A DNA stretch of 64,000 nt from Octopus vulgaris. Lineage: Eukaryota. The stretch lies in NCBI GenBank assembly GCA_951406725.2, contig OX597839.1, forward strand, positions 22,878,001-22,942,000, read 5' to 3'. Numbering within the stretch: the stretch's first letter is position 1; every line of letters begins with the position of its first letter. The translations under genes and the position numbers were made by a program. This document shows, in pieces, positions 49,586 through 62,853 of the stretch. The notes below the pieces were generated by a model that did no database searches, was not told the origin of the DNA, and worked only from the letters and a program-made list of their open reading frames with translations.

Positions 49586-49985
49586 ACAGGACGCTCAACC
49601 TTTATTCTCTAGAAAAACGCCGCCGCCGTGGTGATCTCATTCTCGCCCACAACATCATAAGCAGAAAGTGTAACCTCTCGAAAGAGCTGTTCTTCACTCC
49701 TGCTCCAAAGCGTCGGCTGCGGGGTCATTCCGAAAAGCTCTACCTGCGACGATTTCATCTCAATCGAAGGAGAGGAGCTTTCTCCGTCCGGGTTGCAGAT
49801 CCGTGGAACAAGCTGCCAGACAAGATGGTGAAGATGCCGACGACCGCTTTGTTCAAAGCCTCCCTTGACCTCAAGTGGCCTGAACTCTTTACATGAACAC
49901 CCTCCCTGTACTTAACTCCATGTCCCCCTACATGGCCTAGCTATTTGCTTTTGAGCCAAATTAACTAACTAACTAACTAACTAAC
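49586..49985 (+). mobile_element. CR1-type LINE 3' end with (CTAA)n tail
   Basis: LNLYSLEKRRRRGDLI...LRGHSEKL...AFSVRVADPWNKLP...FKASLD. Confidence 0.9.
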
Positions 49986-50971
49986 TCATCGGATACTGTT
50001 GTATCTCTTCGTACCGGAATAGCAATACACTAACTTCTTTTGTCTTACTATCGCTGATAACTCCACAAGACACCTGACTAGAACTGTCAACTGTTGATTC
50101 TCAACTCTTCAACTCTTGACCATCACTTGACGACTGGCTACTGGTCTGTTTATAATGGCTGTCCCCTACCACTTTTTACCAGGAGGGGTATACAGTTCCA
50201 CTATACAATTTCACATGCAGGTTGTTCCATTATACAGGTCTTCCTGGATTGGGTGAGGCACTGTGTTCTTGAGCAAGACACTTCATTTCACATTGCTCCA
50301 GTCCACTCAGCTGGCAAAAATAAGTAACCCTGGGAGGGACTGGGGTCCCATCCAGGTGAGGAATATATTCGCTACGGAAACTGGAAATCCAGCCCTATGA
50401 GTCTCTATAACTGAGGAAGGATCTTTATCTTTTTATTCAATGTATGTATATGTGGTGGTATATGGCTTAGTGGTCAGGGTGTTGGACTCGTAATCATAAA
50501 ATTGTGGTTTCGATTCCTGGATCGGGTGAAACACTTCATTTTCACATTGCTCCAGTCCCCTCAGCTGGCAAGAATGAGTCATCTTGTGAGGAATTTACAT
50601 GAAACCAAGAAACTGACCATTATGAGTTGGCACGACTCGAGAAGGTGACCTTTACCTTTGTTTTTAATATTGACCGGATCAACTGGAACACTCGTCGCTG
50701 TAACTGATGGAGTTCCAGTTAGAACCACAGCAAAGAATGGACAGAGAAAAATAAAGGTGGATGACTTGAAGTTAGCTGACGTCTGTGAACGACGCAGGGA
50801 CAAGGCTGTGCAGATGCAGCCGCTTTGTAGATGACAGATCTTCATTGCTTGAACAAATTATGGTACCAAAGTACCCCTGTCTCTGCACCTCAACTCTGTC
50901 CATTCTGAATTTCTACAGAATTACATTGCAATCAATTGCAAAAGAGTTCCGCAAGTTGAGTTGGTTCCAAA

Positions 50972-51484
50972 TCTATATATATAAAAGTGAGGTTGTGTGC
51001 TGTCTGTCTCCTACGATTTAGATTCCTAACTACTCCCACATTTTGCGGTGCAGTTTAACCAAATTCGGGTATCTTATAGTTGTGATTCATATCAAGCCCG
51101 TCTGAGTATTAGCGCGCGTCTACGATGAGTCTACGATTTTAAAAATAATTTAACATCATTTTTTATTCCATTTTAATGCATATTTTTTCGTGTGTCGATG
51201 GCGGCGGAGTTGGCGTCCATGGTCACACCTGCACCTGTGTTGCTTCTCCCCCTTCTTCCCTCCCTCGTGAAGCTGTGGGGAAGGGAGTTTAAGGAAATCA
51301 ACGTCGTAATGCGTTGTCAAGGAGACCAGCGTTCTTTTAGAACAACAACTTCATGGCTTGAAGACACCAAAACAGAAATGGCTAAGAAAGCCCGAATTGG
51401 CATCTATAAGGGAAGCAACTCTCTAAAAATGCTTATATAGTTATTTCCCTTACAAACCTGAGCAACGCCGGGCGATACTGCTAG
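50972..51484 (+). mobile_element. Non-autonomous Helitron
   Basis: A|TCTATATATATAAAAG...CCTGAGCAACGCCGGGCGATACTGCTAG|T. Confidence 0.9.
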
Positions 51485-51689
51485 TTCTTTATATAGAATT
51501 AGGAAACTAAATAAATTCCTGTCAATAATTCAGGATAGAAGCATCAGATAGGTTCCAGTGGGGAAACTTCATAAATATGTAATTGCCAGAAGCAGAAAAT
51601 ATTCTCCTGTGGCAAACAACAAAAGTCTCAAATCACTTAAATGGTAAAACTGCTGATGGACAGCAAAAACAAAGGAAAACCATTTAACC

Positions 51690-51722
<33 letters not shown>

Positions 51723-51863
51723 GTTGTTAGCTTTGCTATTATCATCCTCTTACTCCCCCTCATTATTTTTGCATTTGATTTTGTACTCTTCTTCCCTCCT
51801 TGGATAAGTTGGATAAACCTTGAAGCACATCAATCTCTTTACTGCATATATTAACTGGGTGTA

Positions 51864-52298
51864 CAAAGGGTGTCGAAAAGATCCCGGCTTTGGGTTTAAA
51901 GGAAATACAGGATGAGGATCAGTTAATTATGATTTCATTCAGCATATTTCCCTCTCAGAGTCACACACATAGTGCAGTGGTCCTTCAGGTTTTCTAAGCC
52001 CTGTGAAAGACCTCAGAAGGCCTTTCATGATACCCTTAAAGCCAGGAACTTTTCAGATAGACACACAGACAGACAGATAGATATAGGGATTGCTGAAAAG
52101 TTCCTGGCTTTGGGTAAAAGAAAATAGAGAAGAATCAGTTATGATTTCCTTCAACATATTTCCCTCTTCTCAGATTCACACACTTAGTGCAGTGGTCCTT
52201 CAGTTTTTCTAATCCCTGTAAAAGGATTCGGAAGGTTGGGTCATCAACCAGGCCTTTTGCAATACCCTTAAAGCAAGCATCTTTTCAGCAGCCCCTCA
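51864..52298 (-). mobile_element. Two tandem mariner-derived MITEs (51864-52056, 52085-52298)
   Basis: Both are reverse complements of 40583-40805. Confidence 0.8.
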
Positions 52299-52374
52299 TA
52301 TTATATGCCACCATCAGTATTGGAGGTGTTCTCTGCAGAAGGAATGTTTGACAATTTATCAGAGAGATGCCAGA

Positions 52375-52590
52375 CCCCTCTGGCACCTGTGCAGGTGGCA
52401 CGTAAAAAGCACCCACTACACTCGCGGAGTGGTTGGCGTTAGGAAGGGCATCCAGCTGTAGAAACACTGCTAGATCAGACTGGAGCCTGGAGCAGCCCCT
52501 GGCTCCCCAGACCCCGGTCGAATCGTCCAACCCGTGCTAGCGCGGAAAACGGACGTTAAACGATGATGATGATGATGATGATGATGATGA
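52375..52590 (+). mobile_element. RTE 3' UTR with (GAT)n
   Basis: Same core as the other copies. Confidence 0.82.
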
Positions 52591-52964
52591 AATCAATTAC
52601 CTTTCTAGAGGAGAATTGCTCAGTAGTACTTTGTGGTACTTCATGGTACTCTGTGGTATTCCATGGTACCATACAGATTTGCTACCAACATATTTCTGAT
52701 TTTATGGTGACATACTGAAACAACCAACTGTATATTGGACATGGCAGGCTTGGACTTAAAAAAACACAAGACCATCAGATAATAATGCTTTCTACTATAG
52801 GCACAAGGCCTGAAATTTTGAGGGAGGGGATAAGTCAATGACATCAACCCCAGTGCATAACTGGTACTTAATGTATCGACCCCAAAAGGATGAAAGCCAA
52901 CCTTGACAGAATTTGAACTCAGAACATAGCAACAGGCAACCATCAGATAATAATGTTACAAGTT

Positions 52965-53181
52965 TCATTATCTTTTACTTGCTTCATTCATTAGACTGTG
53001 GCCATGCTGGGGCACTGCCTTGAAGAAATTTTAGTTAAAGGGATCAACCCCGGTACTTAATAATTTTTTTTTAAAGCTTCCTACTTATTTTGTTGCTCAC
53101 TTCTGATGAGCTGCTAAGTCACAGAGGCATAAACACACCAATACTGATTATCAAGCAGTGGGAGGAGGACAAACACACATA

Positions 53182-53217
<36 letters not shown>

Positions 53218-53510
53218 TACAGACACACATAGATACATACACACACACATGCACATAAATACACACACAGAAACATACACCCACATAGATACATACACAT
53301 AGATATACACACACACATATATATAGACACACACACACACACATATGTGACAGGTTTCTTTCAGTTTCCGTCAACCAAATTCACTGACAAGGTTTTGGTC
53401 GGTCCAAGGCTATGGCAGAAGACACTTATCCAAGATGCCACACAATGGGACTGAACCCAGAACCAAATGGTTTGGAAGCAAGGCTTCTTACCTCACAGCT
53501 ACACCTGCAT
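52965..53510 (-). mobile_element. Older SINE family A copy with expanded internal microsatellite
   Basis: Diverged head and tail recognisable. Confidence 0.8.
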
Positions 53511-53519
53511 ATTAATGGA

Positions 53520-53960
53520 AAAGCACGAAAATAGCTGGGAGCAACCTAAAAGACAAAAGCCATGAATGCAGCCATTGATGATCCCTTTGAAGGGAGCCAG
53601 CAGTTGAGAGTGGAGTACTTCAGGGAGCTGTCCTTAGGCCAATACTGTTTATAACAGCTCTTACAGCCGTACACCAGTTATTACAACAATTCTCATTAAC
53701 TTTGAATTAACAAAGAAAATGATCAAGAGAGCTAATGATATTAACAAGCTAGAAACTGACCGCAAACTACAGTTCAAAGCCATGAAATGTCAAGTACTCA
53801 GCTAATGACATTCTGACATTTTGCAACCTGAATGTGCAGGACCAGGAGAACTTCCAGTCCCACAGTGAGATTCTCTCAGTAAAACTAATAAGGTAACATC
53901 ATGGAGATGAATGGATTCTGAGAACATTTACAAGATATCAAAAAGCTGTATTAATCCTGT
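53520..53960 (+). mobile_element. Degraded CR1/L2 reverse-transcriptase fragment
   Basis: ESGVLQGAVLRPILFI resembles SGVPQGSVLGPxLF; LQFKAMKCQVL resembles MxFNxxKCxVL. Confidence 0.7.
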
Positions 53961-54081
53961 GAAAGATCTATGTCCTCAGTGAACTAAATTCTTGCCATCA
54001 GCTACAAAACATCTCTGCAGAACTGGAGCCAATCAAATGGCCTTACTCTAATAAAATTGTCTCTATTTGTAATAAATAAGA

Positions 54082-54427
54082 AGGCACGTGGCTCAGTGGT
54101 TAGAGCATCAGGCTCACAATCATGAGGTGGTGAGTTCGATTCCTGGACCATGCTATGTGTTGTGTTCTTGAGCAAGACACTTTATTTCATGTTGCTCCAG
54201 TTCACTCAGCTGTAGAAATGACTTGCGATGTCTCTGGTGCCAAGCTGTATTGGCCCCTTTGCCTTTCCCTTGGGTAACATTGGTGGCATGGAGAGGGGAG
54301 GATGTTATGCATGGGTGATTACTGGTCTTCCATAAACAACTTTGCCTGGACTTGTGTCTCTAAGGAGAACCTTTTAGGTGCAACCCCACGGTCCTTCAAT
54401 GACTGAAAGGGGTCTCACCACTTTACC
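54082..54427 (+). mobile_element. SINE family C
   Basis: Full copy. Confidence 0.87.
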
Positions 54428-54871
54428 TAATGGTGCCTAGTCAAAGTCAACTGGCTGGGATCAATAAAAGAGTAATAAAAAGAGAAGTGACTGGAAAAAC
54501 AAGAAAAGACAATGTAAAGTAAAAGAGGATCCCATGGTCTTGTTGAGGACATGAGCACCTCTCTAATGCTGGTGCCATGATAAAAAACACATTTAACACA
54601 GCTTGTAAAGGGGTTGATGATAGGAAGGGTACCTAAACACAGAAACCAAGCCAAAGCTTAAATGTACAAACAAGGTGTAAGTCATTTGATCCAGCCAAGA
54701 GAGTAATTAACTCTAAATAAAAGAAATTGACCCATTCAATACTTGCCAGCATGCCGAGGGGAAAGTAGACATAGAATGATGTGTGTGTGTGTGTGTATGT
54801 ATGTATATTTCAAAATGTGACCTCGTGTGTACCGTTGGCGATTTTTTTCCCTCTGTCTTCCCTTCTCCTAT

Positions 54872-54906
54872 GTTTCCAACGAAGAGCTCCGCTTGAAACG
54901 TTAAAC
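54872..54906 (+). ncRNA. Decayed minimal type I hammerhead motif
   Basis: GTTT-CCAACGA-A-GAGC-TCC-GCTT-GAAAC-G-TT-AAAC. Stems are present but the core reads CCAACGA instead of CTGANGA. Confidence 0.5.
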
Positions 54907-56333
54907 CCTCCTTCTTTCCTTCTCTCCTGAGCGTCCAATAATACTATATTTGTTCCACGTCCTAGCGTTGTTGTGTTCTTTTGTGCTTTCATGTTTGGAT
55001 TAACTTTATACATACATATATATATATATGCATGTGTGTGTGTGTGTGTATGTGTGTGTGTATATATATATGTCTCTCTCTCTTCCTCTATCTATATGTG
55101 TGTGTGTGTGTGTGTGTGTGCTTGGGACACCCCCTACAGAGAATGAGAATAAGGACAATGGTGAAATGTATATCGGAAACAAATGCTATAAACTGCATCT
55201 TGTGTTTAGCATGCTTTTGCCTGTATGTATACAGAAATGTATATACACATACATACATGACATACATGTGTAAACGTTTTTGTTGTTATTCAGCCCCAAA
55301 ACAGAACAGACCTATGATCAGAGGAACTCCAGCCATGACAACCCTGTCTCTTATCAAATGTGTCGTTTACATGTTTACGATGATAGTGTATGACTCAACA
55401 AGGACTTAGCTGCTATTTCTAGCAAATAAAACAACTCAGTAGAGGCTCCCTCATTATGTTGTCTGAGAAGATTGATGATAATGTTTTACAGCAACACTGA
55501 AATGGTGCCAAACCAGAATAGACCACCGTTAATGTGGTCCAGCCTACAGTTTCTCTGTAGTTGCTGTTGTTGTTGTTCTTGTTATTGTTGTTGTAAGAAA
55601 ACTCTAGCTATGTGTTGCATGAGAATAAGTTGATTAGTAAGAAAAAGACGCGGATTTGATAAATGAATTCGCTGCTAAGATGGATGTCTTCGTTTGAACT
55701 GTGGAAGAAAAATCAGCAAACAGAGAGCGAGAAGATGGATCAGGAAAGAAGCGGGAATTAAAAATGGCACATCATTCTGTTTGCAGTAAAGATAGATGTT
55801 GGCAAGAACACAAGAGCTAAATGTAGGGTGTGGATTTAATTGAACCAGTCAGTTTGGAAATTGGGAAATTTTTTGGGTTTTTTTTTGGTTTTTTAAAAAT
55901 ATTTATTTAAATATAGATGTGGCAAAAATATGTTATTAAAACATTTATCAATGAATAAAAGGTGATTTTATATATGTGTGTGTGTATATATATGTGTGTG
56001 TGTGTGTGTTTAATTTAGAAGAGAATTGCTTGTAGACATAGTGAGGGGGCCAATTTGGGTTGGTGAAAAGGGAAGTATTAAGGGTTTTGTGCAGCTGTTT
56101 AGTTTAAACATCTGGATGTTAGGGTTAAAGTATGGAGTGAGGATGATGAGGAGGAGGAGGAGGAGGGAGAAGAGGAGGTGGTGGCGATGGGGATAGCCAC
56201 TTCAGAAGGTTGGTGGCCTGGGATGGAATGTGGGTTGAGAAAAAAAAGGGTTAATATGGGATTCAGTGGAATAAAACAGACACACACACACACAGAGGTA
56301 TGTATAAAGCAGAACACAAATGGAGTTTAAAAT

Positions 56334-56412
56334 TCACAACAGCTGTTTCAGCAGCCCTTCGTTGATGACTACTTAGTTTGCATCGTGACTGGAATCTGCT
56401 ATTTTCAGGTGA
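56334..56412 (-). ncRNA. Type I hammerhead motif with long loop II
   Basis: Minus strand: TCAC-CTGAAAA-T-AGCAG...CTGCT-GAAA-CAGCTG-TT-GTGA; G8 is mutated to A. Confidence 0.6.
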
Positions 56413-56576
56413 TTTTGAATAAACAGACAGGTAGGCAGGCAGAGAATTCTCAAGATGAGCAGCTCACCAAGACACAGGGCAAGAACATCAATCTTCACTT
56501 TCTCGCTGCCAATGTCTTCCCTATATATTGCAGAAACTTAATTCCTTTTCCCAAATAAGTTGCACTTCATATTCGA

Positions 56577-56657
56577 GGCTCTGATGAAGTTATAAGGTAT
56601 TACTCAGGCACTCAACTAGGAGTTCATTGCAGCTCAGAGCAGAAACAGCTGTAAGCT
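56577..56657 (+). ncRNA. Type I hammerhead motif with long loop II
   Basis: GGCT-CTGATGA-(54 nt)-GAAA-CAGCTG-TA-AGCT; core intact, stem II weak. Confidence 0.6.
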
Positions 56658-56762
56658 AATGAAGTTCATAAGATAACTGTTTTTTCCTTTGTCATCTCAT
56701 TATCTTATAGAGCTAAGGCAGTCCCTATTCTAAAATTGGAATGATAAAGAGAAGTTTAGCAT

Positions 56763-57175
56763 GGAGTGGCTGTGTGGTAAGTAGCTTGCTGACCAACCAC
56801 ATGGCTCCGGGTTCAGTCCCACTGCGTGGCATCTTGGGCAAGTGTCTTCTGCTATAGCCCCGGGCCGACCAATGCCTTGTGAGTGGATTTGGTAGACGGA
56901 AACTGAAAAAAGCCTGTCGTATATATGTATATATATATATGTGTGTGTGTGTTTATGTGTCTGTGTTTGTCCCCCGAGCATTGCTTGACAACCGATGCTG
57001 GTGTGTTTACGTCCCCGTCACTTAGTGGTTCGGCAAAAGAGACCGATAGAATAAGTACTGGGCTTACAAAGAATAAGTCCCGGGGTCGATTTGCTCGACT
57101 AAAGGCGGTGCTCCAGCATGGCCGCAGTCAAATGACTGAAACAAGTAAAAGAGTAAAAGAGTAAAGAGTAAAAGT
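56763..57175 (+). mobile_element. SINE family A, full length
   Basis: Young copy with (AAAAGAGT)n tail. Confidence 0.92.
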
Positions 57176-57242
57176 ATGGCCCCTATGCAAGTTTGACATG
57201 TAAATTCATGATGTATTCCATATTTGTTTTAGAATGATAGTG

Positions 57243-57582
57243 AAGGTACATAGCCCAGTGGTAAGACCGTCAGGCTCACAAACATAAGATAGTGAGTTCA
57301 ATTCCCAGACAGGGCTGTGTGTTGTGTTCTTGAGCAAGACACTTTATTTCACGATGCTCCAGTTCACTCAGCTGTAGAAATGAGTTGCGATGTCACTGGT
57401 GCCAAGCTGTATCGGCCCCTTTGCCTTTCCCTTGGATAACACTGGTGGCGTGGAGATGGGAGGCCAGTAGGCATAGGTGACTGCTGGTCTTCCACAATCA
57501 ACCTTACCCAGACTTGTGCCTCAGAGGGGAACTTTCTAGGTGCAATCCCATGGTCATTCATGACTGAAGGGTGTTTTTATTC
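57243..57582 (+). mobile_element. SINE family C
   Basis: Full copy. Confidence 0.87.
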
Positions 57583-57844
57583 TTTATAGATATACATATA
57601 TCTAGGTGGGGGGGAATTCATATGCCATGGAAACCAGCCCTTAAGAGTCAGCATCACATGAGAAAGGTGACTTTACCTTTAGTTTAGTGAAGCCTAGTTG
57701 GGCCAGGCTCAGTTCACCAACTGGAAAGGTGCAGCAAGTCCAAGATGGCTACTGGAAACAGAGCTACTATTGGACAAGACAGGGTCATATGGTGTTGTTG
57801 GAAGTGGAATCAAAATTTCAGTGACATCAAACCCATATATATAT

Positions 57845-58054
57845 ACTCTTTACTCTTTTACTCTTTTACTTGTTTCAGTCATTTGACTGCGGCCATGCTG
57901 GAGCACCGCCTTTAATCGAGCAACTCGACCCCGGGACTTATTCTTTTGTAAGCCCAGTACTTATTCTATCGGTCTCTTTTGCCGAACCGCTAAGTGACGG
58001 GGACATAAACACACCAGCATCGGTTGTCAAGCGATGCTAGGGGGACAAACACAG

Positions 58055-58123
<69 letters not shown>

Positions 58124-58132
58124 TACGACAGG
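57845..58132 (-). mobile_element. SINE family A, 3' part
   Basis: Reverse complement of about 56910-57175. Confidence 0.9.
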
Positions 58133-58133
58133 C

Positions 58134-58699
58134 ACGCATAAATTATAATGGTTATTGACAATTTTGTCTATTTTCAGCATATTTGTCATTAGAATTTTTC
58201 TTTTGCCCTTATTTTATAAGTTATTTATAAATTTAACCAATAGAAGTATTTTTTAATATGCTGGCCATTGATAAAATTCTTTTTTTTTTTTTCCGAAAAA
58301 AATTTTATCCTACATTAGATGTAAACTTAATAGTGTTCACTTCTGGACTCTCTCACTCTGTGAGAGTTTCTAGTTCGAATCACACGTGTCTCGAGGTGTG
58401 CAGAAGATTTTCTATTTTGGATATATTTGGTGTACTTAGGTCTGCTCAGGACTTAGTGCTTGCTTTTTCCATGAGTACAAGTAAGTATTTCATTTATGTC
58501 TTACGTATTTATCGCTGAGGAGGGGAAAATTCTTATGAATTAACTCTGAAATTGGGAGCAATACGGTAATAACGGAATTTGTTTAGAAATTTCTATCAGC
58601 TTGTTTCGAGACGCATAAATTATAATGGTTATTGACAATTTTGTCTATTTTCGGCATATTTGGCATTAGAATTTTTCTTTTGCCCTTATTTAATAAGTT
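58134..58699 (+). mobile_element. Element with ~89-bp direct repeats (period 477 bp) and decayed hammerhead-like motifs; Penelope/retrozyme-like
   Basis: ACGCATAAATTATAATGGTTATTGACAATTTTGTC... at 58134-58222 and 58611-58699. Confidence 0.55.
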
Positions 58700-58777
58700 T
58701 TATATATACACACACACATATATATATATAACTCTGACTAACTGCATTGTGTCTCTTTCATTCATTTTCCCACCCAC

Positions 58778-58814
<37 letters not shown>

Positions 58815-59416
58815 CAGTAATATTAATTGGCAGAAGGTACAAAGTGACCCAAGCGTCATGAGTTTCGTGCACTGGCACTTATCAAGCTTTGATAAATGCC
58901 AATACAAAAACCTATCAACCTTTGAGGAGTCATGCTCCAACTTGAGTCAATTATTCCTAAAACCATTGTATTTGCTCAAGTTCTATTTTCCTGTTTTCAT
59001 CATTAAACCTATAAATATCTGCCTAGGCACAGGCGTGGCCGTGTGGTAAGAAGCTCACTTCCCAACCACATGGTTTCAGGTTCAGTTCCAGTTGCGTAAC
59101 TAACACCTAGGGCAAATGTCTTCTAATGTACCCCCAGGCCAATCAAATCCTTTTGAGTGGATTTAGTAGACAGAAACTGAAAGAAGCCCATCATATATAA
59201 CCAGCACCAGTACTGCTAGAAATAAGAGTCAAAACAACTCAAGAGCCACAGAAAGCACTACCTTAATGAAGTGACAAGGGAGAAAAGCTCCCTAGATTCG
59301 CAGATACAGTTAGATCATGGATGATTTCATGTTCTGATGCTCAACGCATCCCAACACTCATTTCATATATATATACACACACATATACATATAGACATAT
59401 ACATATACATTTACAT

Positions 59417-59450
<34 letters not shown>

Positions 59451-59639
59451 GTGATCATCATTGTCGTCATCATCGTTTAACATCTGCTTTCCAGGCTGGC
59501 ATGAGTTGGACAGTTTGACATGGAGTTGGCAAAGCTGGGAGCTGTCCAGGCACTGATTGTCTGTTGTGGTACGGTTTCTATGGCTGGATGCCCTTCCTAT
59601 ATATGTATATGCATCTATGTGTGTGTTTGGAACTCACGT

Positions 59640-59940
59640 TCACAGTGATACGTTACTGACACCTTTGGTAAAATGCCATGCTTGCGAAGACTCGTCACGG
59701 CAAGTGAAATCATAGTTGTGAACGATCCTGGTGTCAGGTAACTGGCACCTGTGCCAGTGGCACGTAAAAAGCACCCACTACACTCTCAGAGTGGTTGGCA
59801 TTAGGAAGGGTATCCAGCCATAGAGACCAGGCCTCGACAGATGACTGGAGCCTGATACAGCACCCCGGTCTTACCAGTTGTAGTCAAACCATCCAACCCA
59901 TGCGAGCATGGAAAGCACGTGCTAAATGATGATGATGATG
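59640..59940 (+). mobile_element. RTE 3' UTR with (GAT)n (older)
   Basis: GTGGCACGTAAAAAGCACCCACTACACTC core. Confidence 0.75.
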
Positions 59941-60962
59941 CACACACACACACATATATATATATATTTATAGATAGATGTATATAAGAGTTCAGCTGCT
60001 GATGTCAAAGAAACAGAAATGTTCAAAGTTGTCCCCTTACTCACCCAAACAATAATGTAAACTCACCCAGAAAAGTTTTACCTATTCTCCACATTTAACC
60101 TCACCATTGTTAATTCTGATTTTAAAAAAAGTCAAATCAAATACAACTTTATCTATGACACCACACACACACATACACACACAAATACACACACATATTT
60201 ATTTCAATCTGTATATATATACACACATACATATACACATATCTATATCAACAATATATATGTACACACACACAAATACACACACACATACACACACAAT
60301 AGATATTTTTTTAAACCAGCAGCATCTGCTGTCAAAAGCTGCATCTAGATTCAACCCCATGTTGCACCACTGTGCGCAACAGCATCCCCGGTCCTTTAAC
60401 TCCCCTCCACCACATATCACAACATCCTTTGACAAATTCGGCAGAGGCTGAGGAAGAGGGTGGGGTGCAGGAAGTAATCTCCTATTGTCCTAACTACCTC
60501 TCCCCGCTCCCCCAACTCGACCGTCCAACATCAAAGCAAGTGCCTGCCTCTCACCTCCAGCTTCTAACCAAACACATCCCGCGCTGCATCTCAAGAATGG
60601 ATTGCCTCACTGATTAGCCAATGTGCGAACCATTGATGTGGAAAACCTTCTTAAACTGAAGTAGGTTTTAGAAAATATGACTGATATACACATCTAAGAA
60701 GGTTCCGGCTTGCTGTTCCATTATGTATGAAGAAGCTTGCACGTTAATATGCATATGTCTTTGTATTCATATCTTCTCAAATGCTTCACATACACGAGTG
60801 CATCTATATCGAGTGTACACATACATACATACATACATACATTCTTCCATGGATATGTACATAATATATATATATATGTGTGTGTGTCCCCTGTGTATGT
60901 GACTGTAAGTATATATGTGTGTGTGTACTTGTGTATGTGTGCAGATATGTAGGCACATGCAC

Positions 60963-61007
<45 letters not shown>

Positions 61008-61220
61008 CATGTATTTGTATATGTGTGTGTGTATTGATCTGGGAAGGATGGGAAGCAAAAAAAAAAAATGATTTTAGTAGGATTTGAACACAGAATGCTG
61101 ACAGGTGGAACAAATATTGCAAGATTTTCTATCCAACATTTTAATGTCTTTGACAATTCACTGCCTGATTATGTGTGTGTGTATGTATGATGTATGTATG
61201 TATGTGTGTATACATATATG

Positions 61221-61283
<63 letters not shown>

Positions 61284-61357
61284 GCATACAGACAGAGAGG
61301 TTTGGTGATGCAAACAAAAAAATGGAACTCAAAACATGAGTTTGAGTGTATATATAT

Positions 61358-61422
<65 letters not shown>

Positions 61423-61507
61423 TAGATAGATATACACATATTATTCATATTTAGCAGAAGCAACAGTATGACTCAAGGGCTGAGTGTTTCATGCATTGCC
61501 ACTTATC

Positions 61508-61557
<50 letters not shown>

Positions 61558-61799
61558 ACACAGATAGCTCACACAAAGAGGAATACATAAATATGTATGT
61601 CTCTTCACACCTATAAATATATATTCCAATGTGTGCGTGTGTGTGTGTGTATGTGTGTGTGTAATTGTTAGTGTAACCTTCAATTAAAATCCCCCTACAA
61701 AAAAAAAAAATTCGGGAGAAATATCAAATTTAAGAGAAAGTACTCAATACATAGATGCAGATTAGCTGTCTCGTGTATGTACGTATGCATTTGTGTGCA

Positions 61800-61862
<63 letters not shown>

Positions 61863-61903
61863 ATATGTGCGTGTATATATGTATATGTATGTGTGTGTGT
61901 GTG

Positions 61904-61934
<31 letters not shown>

Positions 61935-62009
61935 TGACAGACAGACAGACAGAGATCGACAGATATATATGTATGTGTATACTTACAGATGCATTATGTA
62001 CCTGTATAT

Positions 62010-62040
<31 letters not shown>

Positions 62041-62100
62041 TTCTTGCATGTAGACTGCTTCATTACATACATAAATGCAGTGAAATAATAAATATACATG

Positions 62101-62157
<57 letters not shown>

Positions 62158-62168
62158 GGACGCTAAAC

Positions 62169-62201
<33 letters not shown>

Positions 62202-62237
62202 ATATATATATGTATATATATGTGTATGTATGTGTGC

Positions 62238-62274
<37 letters not shown>

Positions 62275-62379
62275 TGCATAATTTTTTTTACAGATATATA
62301 AAATATCTGCTTTCATTTATCTAAGAAATATATGCAAACCTGTGTGTGACTTTATAAAATAATGCCATACGCACACAAG

Positions 62380-62415
<36 letters not shown>

Positions 62416-62529
62416 ATGAAACAAGTATTCAGAATGCATGCGTATACGCAGCATGACTGTATTTGTGTGTGTGTGTGTGTGTTATTATGCATGCCTTTAC
62501 ATATCCTCATAAACCAAAAGAATTTACAA

Positions 62530-62853
<324 letters not shown>

